In this document: piece by piece, positions 1-10,036 of the stretch
How the letters are laid out: each line of letters starts with the position of its first letter
How positions within the stretch are numbered: position 1 is the first letter of the stretch
Source of the DNA: an uncultured Oscillospiraceae bacterium
Lineage (GTDB): Bacteria > Bacillota > Clostridia > Oscillospirales > Ruminococcaceae
Direction of reading: 5' to 3'
NCBI GenBank assembly: GCA_900543705.1
Contig: UQSL01000002.1
Location: forward strand, 34,296-98,295
DNA: 64,000 nt
Program-made: the position numbers and the translations under genes
Notes under the pieces: generated by a model
Seen by the model: the letters and a program-made list of their open reading frames with translations, nothing else
Told to the model about the DNA's origin: nothing
The model's database searches: none

Positions 1-2
1 AT

Positions 3-521
3 GAGGCCGGGCTTTACCATGCGACGGCGTTGCAGATCTATCACGCCTCTATCTCAAACCTTCCGATGCAGACCATCGAGCTTACAGGCTGCGAGAGCAA
101 TACGCCGGATTTTTTGCTCATCGTGGAGGACATGAACTTTGACGGAATCAAAGATATCCGTCTGGTAAGCTCGAGTGGGGCGCAAAACACCTACTATAAC
201 TGCTATGTGTGGGATATTGACTCCGCATCCTTCCATAAAGATGAGTTGCTCAGTGCCCTGCCGTCCCTGCAGGTAAACACTTCCACCAAAACCATCCACT
301 TCTTCGAACATGGTTCCGCTACTGATTACCGTGAGGGAGACCTGCGGTATTTGGATGGGGATCTGACGATGATTCGGGAAGTAACACAGACTTTCGACGC
401 TGCTACGAACCTTTTTACTGTTACAACAAGGGAATTTGAGGATGGCTCGCTGAGGATAACCGACCAAAAAACCCTGACGGCGGAGGAGCTTGAAGCACAG
501 GAAACGGTATCCTCCAAATAG
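3..521 (+). CDS. hypothetical protein, C-terminal part (reading frame open to the window edge)
   Basis: Frame is open from nt 3 with no stop; ends TAG at 519-521; hairpin terminator follows. No family recognised (only a DMNFDGIKD-type motif). Confidence 0.45.
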   Translation, partial: EAGLYHATALQIYHASISNLPMQTIELTGCESNTPDFLLIVEDMNFDGIKDIRLVSSSGAQNTYYNCYVWDIDSASFHKDELLSALPSLQVNTSTKTIHFFEHGSATDYREGDLRYLDGDLTMIREVTQTFDAATNLFTVTTREFEDGSLRITDQKTLTAEELEAQETVSSK

Positions 522-536
522 GAAAACAGAAGCAGA

Positions 537-569
537 AAAAAGGCGGCGGGATATATCCCGTCGCCTTTT
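537..569. terminator. bidirectional hairpin between convergent genes
   Basis: AAAGGCGGCGGGA-tata-TCCCGTCGCCTTT with an A-run on one side and a T-run on the other. Confidence 0.5.
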
Positions 570-763
570 CTATCACCTCAGCAGTCCTGCGGCTGATTGC
601 TTGCGTGCGTCCGATTGAAGTTTCCTTCGGGTTTTGCTGGGCTGCCTGTTGGTGAATGACTACAGTATTCATCTTGATAGACGAGCAGCTTATATGCGTC
701 TATCTTCGAGATGGTTAGGGGATAGCCAAACTCCGCCGGCGATAATCACGGCGGGCTGTTTGG

Positions 764-2218
764 CTATCCTCTTGCATAGGTTTCGTTGAGCTTTCGGTAA
801 AACCCGGTATCGATGTGGGCGAGAGCTTCCTTGGTGACACGAAACTCCCAGTTGTGGTCCGCCTTGCCGGGGATATTCATACGTGTATCCGTGCCGAAGC
901 CGCACAAATCCTGCACCGGTACAAAGGCGAGCAGGGCTCCGCTTTGCCACAGGGTTGTGATGACAGCGCGGATGACCTCGCTGTTCGGGCCGCCCTCGCC
1001 CCAATTGTCCCCGAAATACCGGCAGTAGCGCAGCATGCGGAGCTTTTCCTCCATCGGCGTCGCCCACAGCCAGCCGAGCAGGGTGTCGTTGTCGTGCGTG
1101 CCGGTATAGGCAACGACGTGCTCGGAGTACCGGTGCGGGGTGTGCATGTTTTCATACCCGGAGAAACCAAACTGCATCACCCGCATGCCGGGGAAATTCG
1201 CGTCCTTCAAAAACTGTGCAAGCCCTTCGCTGTATTCTCCCAAATCCTCAGCAATTATGTTTGGGGCGTCGAAATGCATGCGGATTTTATCAATCAGCTT
1301 CATACCGGGACCGTCCTGCCAGTGGCCGGCCTTTGCGGTTTTTGCCTCTGCGGGTATCGCCCAATACTGATAGAGCCCACGGAAGTGGTCGATACGCACT
1401 GCGTCGTAGAGCTTGAGGTTTTTCTCAATCCGGCGCAGCCACCACTTGTACCCCTCGCACTCCATGGCTTTCCAATCATAGAGAGGGTTACCCCAGAGCT
1501 GGCCTTCTTCGGCAAAGTAATCGGGAGGGACGCCCGCGACCTGATTGGGGATACCTTTCTCGTCGGTGAGGAAAAGCTCCCTGTTGCCCCAGAAGTCCGC
1601 ACTGTCGTGCAGCACGTAAATCGGCATGTCCCCGAACAGGGAGATACCGCGTTCGTTTGCGTAATGTTTGACGGCTGCCCACTGTGTGTGGGCAAGGTAT
1701 TGCTCAAAGATATAGTATTCCATCTGCTCCGTTGCAGGCTTTCTTGTCCATTCCCAGAAAGCGGTTCCGCCATTTGCCTCTTTGGAAGCCATAAAGGCCG
1801 CGTAATCGTCGAGCCATGCGGCTTCCTGTTTGGCAAATTGTGCAAGCTTTTCCTTTTTGGTAAAACGGGAGAACGCCTTTTTTATCCAACGCGGTTTGTT
1901 TTCCCTTACCCAGTCATAGTCGACGGCATAGGGTTTTCCCTCATAGCGCGCTTCGCATACTTCCTGTTCGGTCAGTAGGCCGTCTTCGACAAGGGAAGGC
2001 AAGTCGATGTAGTACGGGTTGATGGCGAATGCGCTCATGCTCGAATAGGGGGAGTTGCCATAGCCGACCGGGCAAAGCGGCAGGATCTGCCACCATTTCA
2101 TTTTCATAGAGACGAGCTGATCGAGAAACTCCCTGCACTCTTTGCCAAAGCCCCCTATCGCGTATTCGGAGGGCAGGGAGGAGATATTGCAGAATACCCC
2201 GGAACCTCTGTTTATCAT
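764..2218 (-). CDS. malQ: 4-alpha-glucanotransferase (amylomaltase, GH77)
   Basis: 484 aa. N-terminus RGSGVFCNISSLPSEYAIGGFG...WQILPL..GNSPYSS.SAFAINPYYIDL is typical of MalQ/GH77. Confidence 0.9.
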   Translation of the reverse strand: MINRGSGVFCNISSLPSEYAIGGFGKECREFLDQLVSMKMKWWQILPLCPVGYGNSPYSSMSAFAINPYYIDLPSLVEDGLLTEQEVCEARYEGKPYAVDYDWVRENKPRWIKKAFSRFTKKEKLAQFAKQEAAWLDDYAAFMASKEANGGTAFWEWTRKPATEQMEYYIFEQYLAHTQWAAVKHYANERGISLFGDMPIYVLHDSADFWGNRELFLTDEKGIPNQVAGVPPDYFAEEGQLWGNPLYDWKAMECEGYKWWLRRIEKNLKLYDAVRIDHFRGLYQYWAIPAEAKTAKAGHWQDGPGMKLIDKIRMHFDAPNIIAEDLGEYSEGLAQFLKDANFPGMRVMQFGFSGYENMHTPHRYSEHVVAYTGTHDNDTLLGWLWATPMEEKLRMLRYCRYFGDNWGEGGPNSEVIRAVITTLWQSGALLAFVPVQDLCGFGTDTRMNIPGKADHNWEFRVTKEALAHIDTGFYRKLNETYARG

Positions 2219-2240
2219 CTTGTATACCCCTTTCTGACTG

Positions 2241-3392
2241 TCAGATGTGGAAAATACCAGTGGCTGCGCCGAACATGATGTGTACCGGCGAAAATTTATC
2301 GCTCATGTAGTGGTCCATGGTTTGGTAGAGAAAATCCGTGTGCTTGTCTTGCGCCGTGCATTTGCAGATTTGCAGAGTCATGACCACTGTTGTCCCTTTC
2401 CCCGGCTTGCTTCTCACTGTGACCGTGCCGCCGTGTGCGGAAATGGTGTACCTTGTCAAGGTAAGACCGAGCCCGAGTGAGTGGAACATCTCGTGCTTGG
2501 AATCCTTTGAATAATATGGTTCAAAGATATGGCTTAAAACTTCCTGCTCAATACCGTTCCCATCATCAAGTATATGGATGACCGCAAGTTCCCCGGCTTT
2601 TTTCAAACTGATAAGGATATTTTTGCCCCCATATTCGCAGGCGTTGAGCAGCACATTTAATACCGCGTAAGAGAGCTTGTCGCGGTCAAAGCAGGTGTAA
2701 ATCTCCTCTTCCTGCCTCTCAAAACGTACCATAACACCCAGGGACATGGCAAAGACAGAGGCCGCGTCGCACAGTTCCTTGAGAAAGGAAGAAAGGCTTG
2801 TGTACTCTTTGTTCATGCGGTTAATCCCAGCCTTGTAGCGGGATAGCTCCGAAATCTGGACGGTGGAGCGCAGGATTTTATAGCTGTTTTGGCTGATCGC
2901 ATTGAGATATTTAAGCCCCGTCTTGTCGCCCTGCTCCCGCATGTGTCTGGCGAGGGGGATAAGCACTGTGTAGATGGAGCTGATGGGGGAGCGGAACTGA
3001 CTGACAAATGCGGAAAGATTTTTTTCTTCTTCGTAAGCGTTTTTGACAGCTAAAGGGTCTTCTGCAAAAAAAATACGCATGACAGCCCCAAAATAGCTGC
3101 TGTCCGCAGTAAAAAGCGGGGCAATTTCAACTTTAGCGAAGAGAAAACTCAGTTCCCCGCGGTCAAACAAGAATTCCCGGCCGGATTCGAGGCCCTTTTT
3201 CATCTGTGTTAAATCAAGGTCGTCAAGCATCATCCGTGCACCGTCGTACTGAGTCAGGATAGAGTTGTGATGTTTGGCGGCGTCATTCGCCCAGAGGATT
3301 TCAAACCCGGAACCCATCAGCAGGGTGGGGGTTTGTGATTTTTCATACAACTGCCGGACACTAGTCAGTATCCCGTCTTGTGGTGTTTCCAA
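2241..3392 (-). CDS. cytoplasmic histidine-kinase-like protein (HATPase_c intact, H-box His apparently replaced by Gln)
   Basis: N box LLNACEYG, G1 DDGNGI and G2 GLGLTL are present. The dimerisation box reads FVSQFRSPISSI where SHELRTPL is expected. No TM segment. Lies 22 nt upstream of malQ on the same strand. Confidence 0.75.
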   Translation of the reverse strand: METPQDGILTSVRQLYEKSQTPTLLMGSGFEILWANDAAKHHNSILTQYDGARMMLDDLDLTQMKKGLESGREFLFDRGELSFLFAKVEIAPLFTADSSYFGAVMRIFFAEDPLAVKNAYEEEKNLSAFVSQFRSPISSIYTVLIPLARHMREQGDKTGLKYLNAISQNSYKILRSTVQISELSRYKAGINRMNKEYTSLSSFLKELCDAASVFAMSLGVMVRFERQEEEIYTCFDRDKLSYAVLNVLLNACEYGGKNILISLKKAGELAVIHILDDGNGIEQEVLSHIFEPYYSKDSKHEMFHSLGLGLTLTRYTISAHGGTVTVRSKPGKGTTVVMTLQICKCTAQDKHTDFLYQTMDHYMSDKFSPVHIMFGAATGIFHI

Positions 3393-3722
3393 TTTCTTTC
3401 ACTTCCCTCGATCCCCGCATGACGTGTCCATGCGGCAATTAATCCGAAAATCCGGAGGAGCTTTTCCTGATTCTATCTTTTTTTGGATTGAAGTTCCCTT
3501 ATAGTATACCATATTTTCATAGAATACAACCTATCTTTTATGCAAAAGCAATACAATTTTCCTCAAGTAAATGGTATCCTCACCCTTCCAAATCCAATAT
3601 TTCAGGAAGGGCAGGAAGGGAATCTTTTATTTTTTTATGGATAATGCTAATTTTCAAAAAATGGTTAAAAAAAAGACATTGTCCCTTGTAGTTTTCCGGA
3701 TTTTAGTATAAAATAAAGATAA

Positions 3723-4763
<1,041 letters not shown>

Positions 4764-4796
4764 TTTATCCACTGATAAATGTAATTAAGTATCTAC

Positions 4797-4833
4797 ATCC
4801 CCGGCAGGATTATTCTGCCGGGGATACTTTTTT
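4797..4833 (+). terminator. intrinsic terminator of gap
   Basis: ATCCCCGGCAG-gattatt-CTGCCGGGGAT followed by ACTTTTTT. Confidence 0.7.
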
Positions 4834-5043
4834 GTTAGGAGGTAGAAAAAACAATTTTTTTGCAATTTAAATTGTCTATTGGGAATACTATATTCCTATT
4901 TGGCACGAAGTGTTGTATAATAAAAGAACAATCAGGCCGCGGGAATTACAAAATGGATACAAGCAGGATCCGGAGGGCAGTTTTCCTGAATGGATTATGG
5001 ATAGTACGGCCGGGCATCTGATATTGGAAAGGGGAAAAACAAA

Positions 5044-5205
5044 ATGAATGGAAAAGATGAGTGGGCGCAAGTTGAAGTGGAAATGGACGAAGCACTCGAA
5101 CGGCATTTGTCCGAAGTGGCGCAGAAACTTGGATGTAGTGTGGATGAGCTTGTCACACGCTGTTTGGAAAAATACCTGAAAGAAAAAGGTTTTCAAAATC
5201 CATAA
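5044..5205 (+). CDS. small ribbon-helix-helix/CopG-like protein (53 aa, below the ORF-track cutoff)
   Basis: ATG preceded by GGAAAGGGGA RBS. Translation: MNGKDEWAQVEVEMDEALERHLSEVAQKLGCSVDELVTRCLEKYLKEKGFQNP. Palindrome GGAATActaTATTCC at 4882-4896 lies upstream. Confidence 0.4.
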   Translation: MNGKDEWAQVEVEMDEALERHLSEVAQKLGCSVDELVTRCLEKYLKEKGFQNP

Positions 5206-5212
5206 TATTAGA

Positions 5213-5241
5213 TTGACAGGGGAAACATTTTCCCATATAAT
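5213..5241 (+). promoter_or_regulatory. sigma-A type promoter for the mntP leader
   Basis: TTGACA (5213-5218), 17-nt spacer, TATAAT (5236-5241). Both hexamers match consensus exactly. Confidence 0.6.
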
Positions 5242-5248
5242 AATCCCT

Positions 5249-5366
5249 GGTAAGGGAGTAGTTGGCATCATGGGTGCAGTAAAGTCAACATACTGATTTC
5301 AATCTGGCTTTGCTTGAAATAACGAGACTTATCTGCGAAGGTTCTTTCGCAGATAAGTCTTTTTTT
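5249..5366 (+). promoter_or_regulatory. yybP-ykoY (Mn2+) riboswitch with terminator expression platform
   Basis: Conserved GGGAGUAG, AAGUCAACAUAC and ACGAGAC elements. The P1 3' strand UUAUC is shared with terminator CTTATCTGCGAA-ggttctt-TCGCAGATAAG-TCTTTTTTT. Sits directly upstream of mntP. Confidence 0.75.
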
Positions 5367-5395
5367 ATGCAAGAAAAGGAAAAAGGAGTAAAATT

Positions 5396-5962
5396 ATGGG
5401 ATTGACAGAGCTGTTTTTAATCGCGGTAGGGCTTTCCATGGACGCCTTTGCGGTATCCATCTGCAAGGGGCTTTCGATGCGGCAGATGAGCTGGAAAAAG
5501 GCGGCTATTATCGGGCTGTATTTCGGGGGCTTCCAGGCAGGAATGCCGCTAATTGGGTACTTTCTGGGCGTGCAGTTCCAGGGAGGCATTCAGGCGATTG
5601 ACCACTGGATTGCCTTTGTTCTGCTGGGCCTTATCGGTGCAAATATGATTCGGGAATCGCTGAGTAGGGAAGAGGAAAAAACGGATGATTCGGTTAGTTT
5701 TAAGAGTATGTCCGTGCTTGCGGTGGCGACCAGCATTGATGCGCTTGCCATCGGCGTGACCTTTGCCTTTTTACAGGTAAGTATTGTCCCGGCGGTCATC
5801 TTTATCGGGGTTGTCACTTTTGCGCTGTCCTTTGTGGGTGTCAAGATTGGCAATGTGTTTGGAACCAAGTATAAATCCAGAGCAGAGTTTGCCGGTGGGG
5901 CAATACTCATCCTGATGGGATTGAAGATTTTACTCGAACACTTGGGCGTCATCAGCTTTTGA
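5396..5962 (+). CDS. mntP: manganese efflux pump MntP
   Basis: 188 aa, polytopic. [11 protein letters not shown] and SIDALAIGV repeated motifs are typical of MntP/YebN. Confidence 0.9.
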   Translation: MGLTELFLIAVGLSMDAFAVSICKGLSMRQMSWKKAAIIGLYFGGFQAGMPLIGYFLGVQFQGGIQAIDHWIAFVLLGLIGANMIRESLSREEEKTDDSVSFKSMSVLAVATSIDALAIGVTFAFLQVSIVPAVIFIGVVTFALSFVGVKIGNVFGTKYKSRAEFAGGAILILMGLKILLEHLGVISF

Positions 5963-5982
5963 TTTTAGTTACAGTATACTGG

Positions 5983-6313
5983 ATGGATAGAAGTATCCTG
6001 CGACGCCATGCGTTAACTATCCTTGAGCGGTGTCTTAAGGACAGAGGAATCCCCTTTTTCAAGGCCAAAACCTGGACAACGGATTACCGGGAGACGAGGG
6101 AAGAAATCTGTTTACGCGGAACACGCGTCGGCCGAAGCCATGGTCACAGCAGGGGAAGACCGTGTGGTTCGCAGGAATGGAGACATTGTTCCTCCCTGCG
6201 GCAGATGCCGGGAATTTATCTGCCAGCTGCACAAAGACAATCTTCTTTGCGAGGTGTCACTCGCGGACAAGATCCTCACCCTAGACGACCTATTTCCTGA
6301 GCGGTGGGTGTAA
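5983..6313 (+). pseudogene. cytidine/blasticidin-S deaminase-like gene, apparently decayed
   Basis: PCGRCREF zinc motif and C-terminus are in one frame (6023-6313). A Cdd-like N-terminus MDRSILRRHALTILE is in another frame. The expected CAE/HAE motif reads YAE. No RBS. Confidence 0.4.
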
Positions 6314-6369
6314 AAATTGGATTTCTCTGAGAAGACGTGTTTGAGATACAGAATTGAAAGCTTAGGAAA

Positions 6370-6398
6370 AGCGCCGGGAATTTTTCCCGGCGCTTTTT
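6370..6398. terminator. bidirectional terminator
   Basis: AGCGCCGGG-aattttt-CCCGGCGCT flanked by an A-run and a T-run, between convergent genes. Confidence 0.6.
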
Positions 6399-6413
6399 GA
6401 CTGGAATCTTTTG

Positions 6414-6998
6414 TTACTGGTTTAGCAGAATGGTACGTTGTACTTCGCTGAGCGGTGCGAGTTCGAGTTCGACCGGGGTGTAGCCTTCCCGGATGATGTT
6501 TGCCTCAAGCTTAGTGCCTCCCTGTTCAATGACGGAGCGAATGCCCTCGAGGAAGATATAATCCCCGACCGGGATATTTCCTTTGACGAGAATCGGGAGG
6601 ATTCCCTTATTCACAAGTATATCACATTCCTCCGGGGTAAAGGAGGCGGCAAGGTTGGCAAGCGTACCGTTGGCAGATTCAAACAGTGCGTCCTCCTCGC
6701 TGATAGAGGCGTCCGCCGGGGTGAGGACGGCGGCTCCCATCTGAGTATGGCGCGCACGCAGATTCGGGTGCTTGGTACGAATGGCTGTAATCACATCGTG
6801 CAGTTCCTGGTGCCCTACGAGAGGGCAAGCGTCCAGCTGGCTTGTCTCCTCCGATACGCGTAAAGTCTGCGCAAGGTCGATGTATTCTGTCGATTTGTTT
6901 TCAATCAAGGAGAAATCATCCGTGACGACCTTGAACGCGATGTTATCCGTCGTGCTTCTGCGGTGATAGACAAGCAGGTCTTTGTACTTGTATTCCAT
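6414..6998 (-). CDS. hypothetical protein (194 aa, no family recognised)
   Basis: Strong AAGGAGG RBS 7 nt before the ATG. Has its own promoter and a terminator downstream. Confidence 0.6.
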   Translation of the reverse strand: MEYKYKDLLVYHRRSTTDNIAFKVVTDDFSLIENKSTEYIDLAQTLRVSEETSQLDACPLVGHQELHDVITAIRTKHPNLRARHTQMGAAVLTPADASISEEDALFESANGTLANLAASFTPEECDILVNKGILPILVKGNIPVGDYIFLEGIRSVIEQGGTKLEANIIREGYTPVELELAPLSEVQRTILLNQ

Positions 6999-7049
6999 AT
7001 GGCAGTCCTCCTTAAAAATACGAACCGATGAATGCGTTTCCTTCTTTTC

Positions 7050-7078
7050 CTTATACTCCTTTGTGGGCCAAAAGTCAA
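7050..7078 (-). promoter_or_regulatory. promoter for the 6414-6998 gene
   Basis: On the minus strand: TTGACT, 17 nt, TATAAG. Confidence 0.45.
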
Positions 7079-7149
7079 CACGTGCGGGATGTATCCCGGA
7101 GGGGAGTGTAATACAAGGTGGGGAATCATCCTACCCTGAGCAAAATTAT

Positions 7150-7440
7150 TTATTCACCTATTAGCAAGGTAGACATCCCTACCTTATTTGCTCCTATAGG
7201 AAACCCATTCGAATCCCCGGCGGACAAGTTTTTCGTCCGGGCCGTCCCGCAGGCGGTCGTCCCTCCCACATGCAGTCGATGAGATACCCGCCACTGTTGA
7301 CGACGCGATAGGATTTCCTCCACAGTGCCGTCGACGACTACAAGGTGATGCACACCCCGTTTTTTCACTTCATCCCGCATGAAACCCTGTAGGCGGTCGA
7401 CCGGCTCGCTCGCGAAGACACGTTTGTCCGTTTTTGACAC
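7150..7440 (-). pseudogene. possible CBS-domain gene fragment
   Basis: Only the first ~45 aa (VFASEPVDRLQGFMRDEVKKRGVHHLVVVDGTVEEILS) look CBS-like; the rest is low quality. No RBS seen. Confidence 0.2.
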
Positions 7441-7760
7441 GGTAAAGGCGAGGCGAGCTATATATTTGTTATTCTCTGTATGATAATATTAGTATTTGGA
7501 ATTGGTATTACAATGGCTTTTACAAATATAAACGCTTAAATTTCATGCTTACCACAGCAGATAGGTATTGTTACATCATCAGTGCTGTTTCGTTGTCGCT
7601 TGTGTTGGTTTGATACGAACCATTGTGTGGAAAAACTTCCCCTATATTGTCCCACTAAGATGCAGAGCCGATAATTATAACCAATTTGCTGTATTTTCTC
7701 TCAAGGCATAGTATCATGTTTTACGTTCAGCCATATTGAAACCGGGTATCTATTTAATAA

Positions 7761-7808
7761 CAGTCAGACAAAACGAGTCTGGATGCAAATTGCGTTCAGA
7801 CTCGTTTT
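7761..7808 (+). terminator. orphan terminator hairpin, copy A of a repeated hairpin
   Basis: CAGTCAGACAaaacGAGTCTGGAtgcAAATTGCGTTCAGACTCgtttt. No intact gene lies upstream on this strand. Confidence 0.5.
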
Positions 7809-7983
7809 GATTCTTATGCTTTCGCGCTTGCGTCTATAGCGGGGTATCGATATGAAAGACAGATTCGGATGTTTTTCGAACCGAGATTTCCAACAGTTAT
7901 CCTAGAAAAAAGGTGGGAACATGGAGAAATCCATGTGCATATAATATAAACATATGAATGCATTTTTTGATTAGGAGGAAAAT

Positions 7984-8877
7984 ATGTGCACTGATAATTA
8001 TGTAGTAAACTCCTTGGAACTGCATCTATTCTTTGGACGCATCATGAAAGAACATTCCCTTTTTCTAATGGCAGGGTTTACTCCCGCCAATGTCTCCTTT
8101 TCTAAACAAGCAGAGTTTTATAAAAGGGAATTTGAGAAAGTGCTCTGTCGGGCCATAGCACTCAGTGACGGCGTTATAAGTCAGGATGTACTGTGTTCAG
8201 GCGAACTGATTACGGAATTTACTGCTTTGGCCGAAAAACAAACAGAACATTTTACTGGAATCCCAATCAACAGGGGGATAACCAACCGGGAATCACAGTT
8301 ACGCAATGATAGCTGCCAATGTAATGATAACTCGGAAAAACAATGCCAAGTACAACGTCTGAATCGGACAGCGCTCAAACTTTTGGATGGATTAATTCAG
8401 TTTAAGGAAACTATTTTAAAAAATGTCCTGTGCTGTGAAATGTTTACGATGAACTATCCTTTACTGATAGAACATATCCTCAGGGAAGCAAAGCTTTATC
8501 GAAAATATCTACAGACGCTTGAAAAGACGGGGAATTTAACCTGCGAGTCTATGAAGGAAATCGAAAGCTTTTGGAATCAGATTATGATGGAGCATGCCAT
8601 GTTTATACGCGGACTTTTAGATCCGTGTGAAACTGAATTGTTCAATTCGGCAGACGAATTCGCCAAAGAATATTCAAAATTATTAAGCGCCTGCCAAAAT
8701 GCACAAAACCAGACGTTGACATCCGATTCTTTACAGGAAACCATAAGGTTTAGAGATTTCAAAATGGCAGGGACACAGGGAATCGCGCAATGTAAAATTC
8801 GTTCGGTTATTTTGCCTCTTCTGGCGGATCATGTGCTGCGTGAGGCCAATCATTATATCCGTTTATTGAAATCATAA
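7984..8877 (+). CDS. DUF2935 family protein (two-domain helical bundle, function unknown)
   Basis: 297 aa. SLELHLFFGRIMKEHSLFL and FWNQIMMEHAMFIRGLLD repeats match my recollection of DUF2935. AGGAGG RBS. Confidence 0.65.
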   Translation: MCTDNYVVNSLELHLFFGRIMKEHSLFLMAGFTPANVSFSKQAEFYKREFEKVLCRAIALSDGVISQDVLCSGELITEFTALAEKQTEHFTGIPINRGITNRESQLRNDSCQCNDNSEKQCQVQRLNRTALKLLDGLIQFKETILKNVLCCEMFTMNYPLLIEHILREAKLYRKYLQTLEKTGNLTCESMKEIESFWNQIMMEHAMFIRGLLDPCETELFNSADEFAKEYSKLLSACQNAQNQTLTSDSLQETIRFRDFKMAGTQGIAQCKIRSVILPLLADHVLREANHYIRLLKS

Positions 8878-8969
8878 TTTATAACCCTTTTTCCTGCACG
8901 CCTCATAATTTCGGCATTTCTACACTTTTGTGAAAATTATGAGGTACCACCTGGGTATCTAATCTTTCC

Positions 8970-9020
8970 CAGTCAGACAGGCTGAGTCTGGACGAAAATT
9001 GCGTTCGGACTCAGTTTTTT
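8970..9020 (+). terminator. terminator of the DUF2935 gene, copy B of the repeated hairpin
   Basis: CAGTCAGACAggctGAGTCTGGAcgaAAATTGCGTTCGGACTCagtttttt. Shares the 5' flank and loop with copy A. The outermost stem pair differs in a compensatory way (C-G in A, T-A in B). Confidence 0.65.
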
Positions 9021-9090
9021 AAAATGGTTTGTTAAGCCACTCTTTTCTTCCAAGATGACACCTCAATCTTACCGCGAGGTTTCTTTTTAT

Positions 9091-9567
9091 TCAATTGGCA
9101 TTATCTGAATTACAGAATAATCTATTTTTCCATGCTGTTATGAACTTACTACTAACAAGAGATACGGGAATAGAAATTAAAACATTTGTTTGAATATAAG
9201 GAGCATTCGATTTTTTTTTACATTTTTTAAAACCATGAAGACTCGCGAAAATTCCAATTGCAATAATAGCACAGATGATAAGCGTAACTATTGTAATTTC
9301 AGTTCCGTAATCATTGATTTTTCCAGTAGTAATTGCAGGAATCACTCTAAATTGAATATATGATACTAAAGCTACTAGTCCTATATCAATACATATCATG
9401 TAATAGCCTGTTTGCTTACTCACTTTTTCCTTATCATATTTATCCTTTTCTTCTGGCTTTTTCATGTTAAAACCAGATACTAATTGGCTTCCTTTGCCAG
9501 TCAATAAAATAATCGTTATGATAATAAAAATAGCCAATATCCCCCACATAACATACATAAAAAACAT
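9091..9567 (-). CDS. DUF3784-like small membrane protein
   Basis: 158 aa, 3-4 TM. SGFNMKKPEEKDKYDKEK resembles the DUF3784 AGYNTMSKEEKEKYD motif. AT-rich codon usage. Confidence 0.55.
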   Translation of the reverse strand: MFFMYVMWGILAIFIIITIILLTGKGSQLVSGFNMKKPEEKDKYDKEKVSKQTGYYMICIDIGLVALVSYIQFRVIPAITTGKINDYGTEITIVTLIICAIIAIGIFASLHGFKKCKKKSNAPYIQTNVLISIPVSLVSSKFITAWKNRLFCNSDNAN

Positions 9568-9679
9568 ATAAATAACGCTCCTTTCATTTATTTGTAATTT
9601 TTAACTCGCTTTTGTTCGGTTAGAAATCAGTGTCAGCATTCTTTCCCTTTATTCCTCTTGATTACCCATCACAGAAAAT

Positions 9680-9741
9680 AAAAAGCCCTGTCAAGAACTT
9701 AGCCACGAAGTGGTGCGAAGCATTCTTGATCAGGGCTTTTT
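9680..9741. terminator. long bidirectional hairpin
   Basis: AAAAAGCCCTG.TCAAGAA...TTCTTGA.TCAGGGCTTTTT. Confidence 0.5.
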
Positions 9742-9907
9742 ACTTTCCGTATCTTCTGTGAGATCAAATCCCTTTGTCGTTGGAACTTTTGATAAAATCT
9801 CTCTGTCCTCGTCAACGTGTGTATTCGCGTGCTTCTGTGGGAATGACAAACTGTGCGCGCTCCCCGATTTTCACGGTCCAGGCATGATTTCCCTTTGAAT
9901 ACTTCAT
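9730..9907 (-). pseudogene. AbrB/SpoVT-like small DNA-binding gene with a 1-nt frameshift
   Basis: MKYSKGNHAWTVKIGERAQFVIPTEAREYT then a stop. A shifted frame continues HVDEDREILSKVPTTKGFDLTEDTESKKP and stops inside the terminator. Span is 178 nt, not a multiple of 3. Confidence 0.45.
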
Positions 9908-10036
9908 GCAAACCCTTCTTTCATAAAATACGAACTGGTCGAAAAGCTTTGTTATCCGCCATAGGGCATGTCCCTGCGCACCGGAGAGAAAGACCACGGC
10001 CCCTGTGAAAGGCCATGGTTCCATACTGAGAAGACT

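Noticed and set aside
815-1978. 387-aa plus-strand ORF antisense to malQ
   Set aside because: The opposite strand encodes an unmistakable GH77 enzyme. The antisense ORF is a GC-driven artefact.
7195-7235. tRNA-like T-arm sequence (CATTCGAATCCCCGGCGG), possibly a tRNA 3' fragment or att site
   Set aside because: The flanking bases do not form a T-stem or an acceptor stem, no CCA/discriminator context is present, and there is no matching direct repeat elsewhere in the window.
7283-7300. CCCGCCACTGT, resembling the cobalamin-riboswitch core
   Set aside because: It is an isolated 11-mer. The GGTG..AATCC element and the B12 box are absent nearby, and it lies inside a probable gene fragment.
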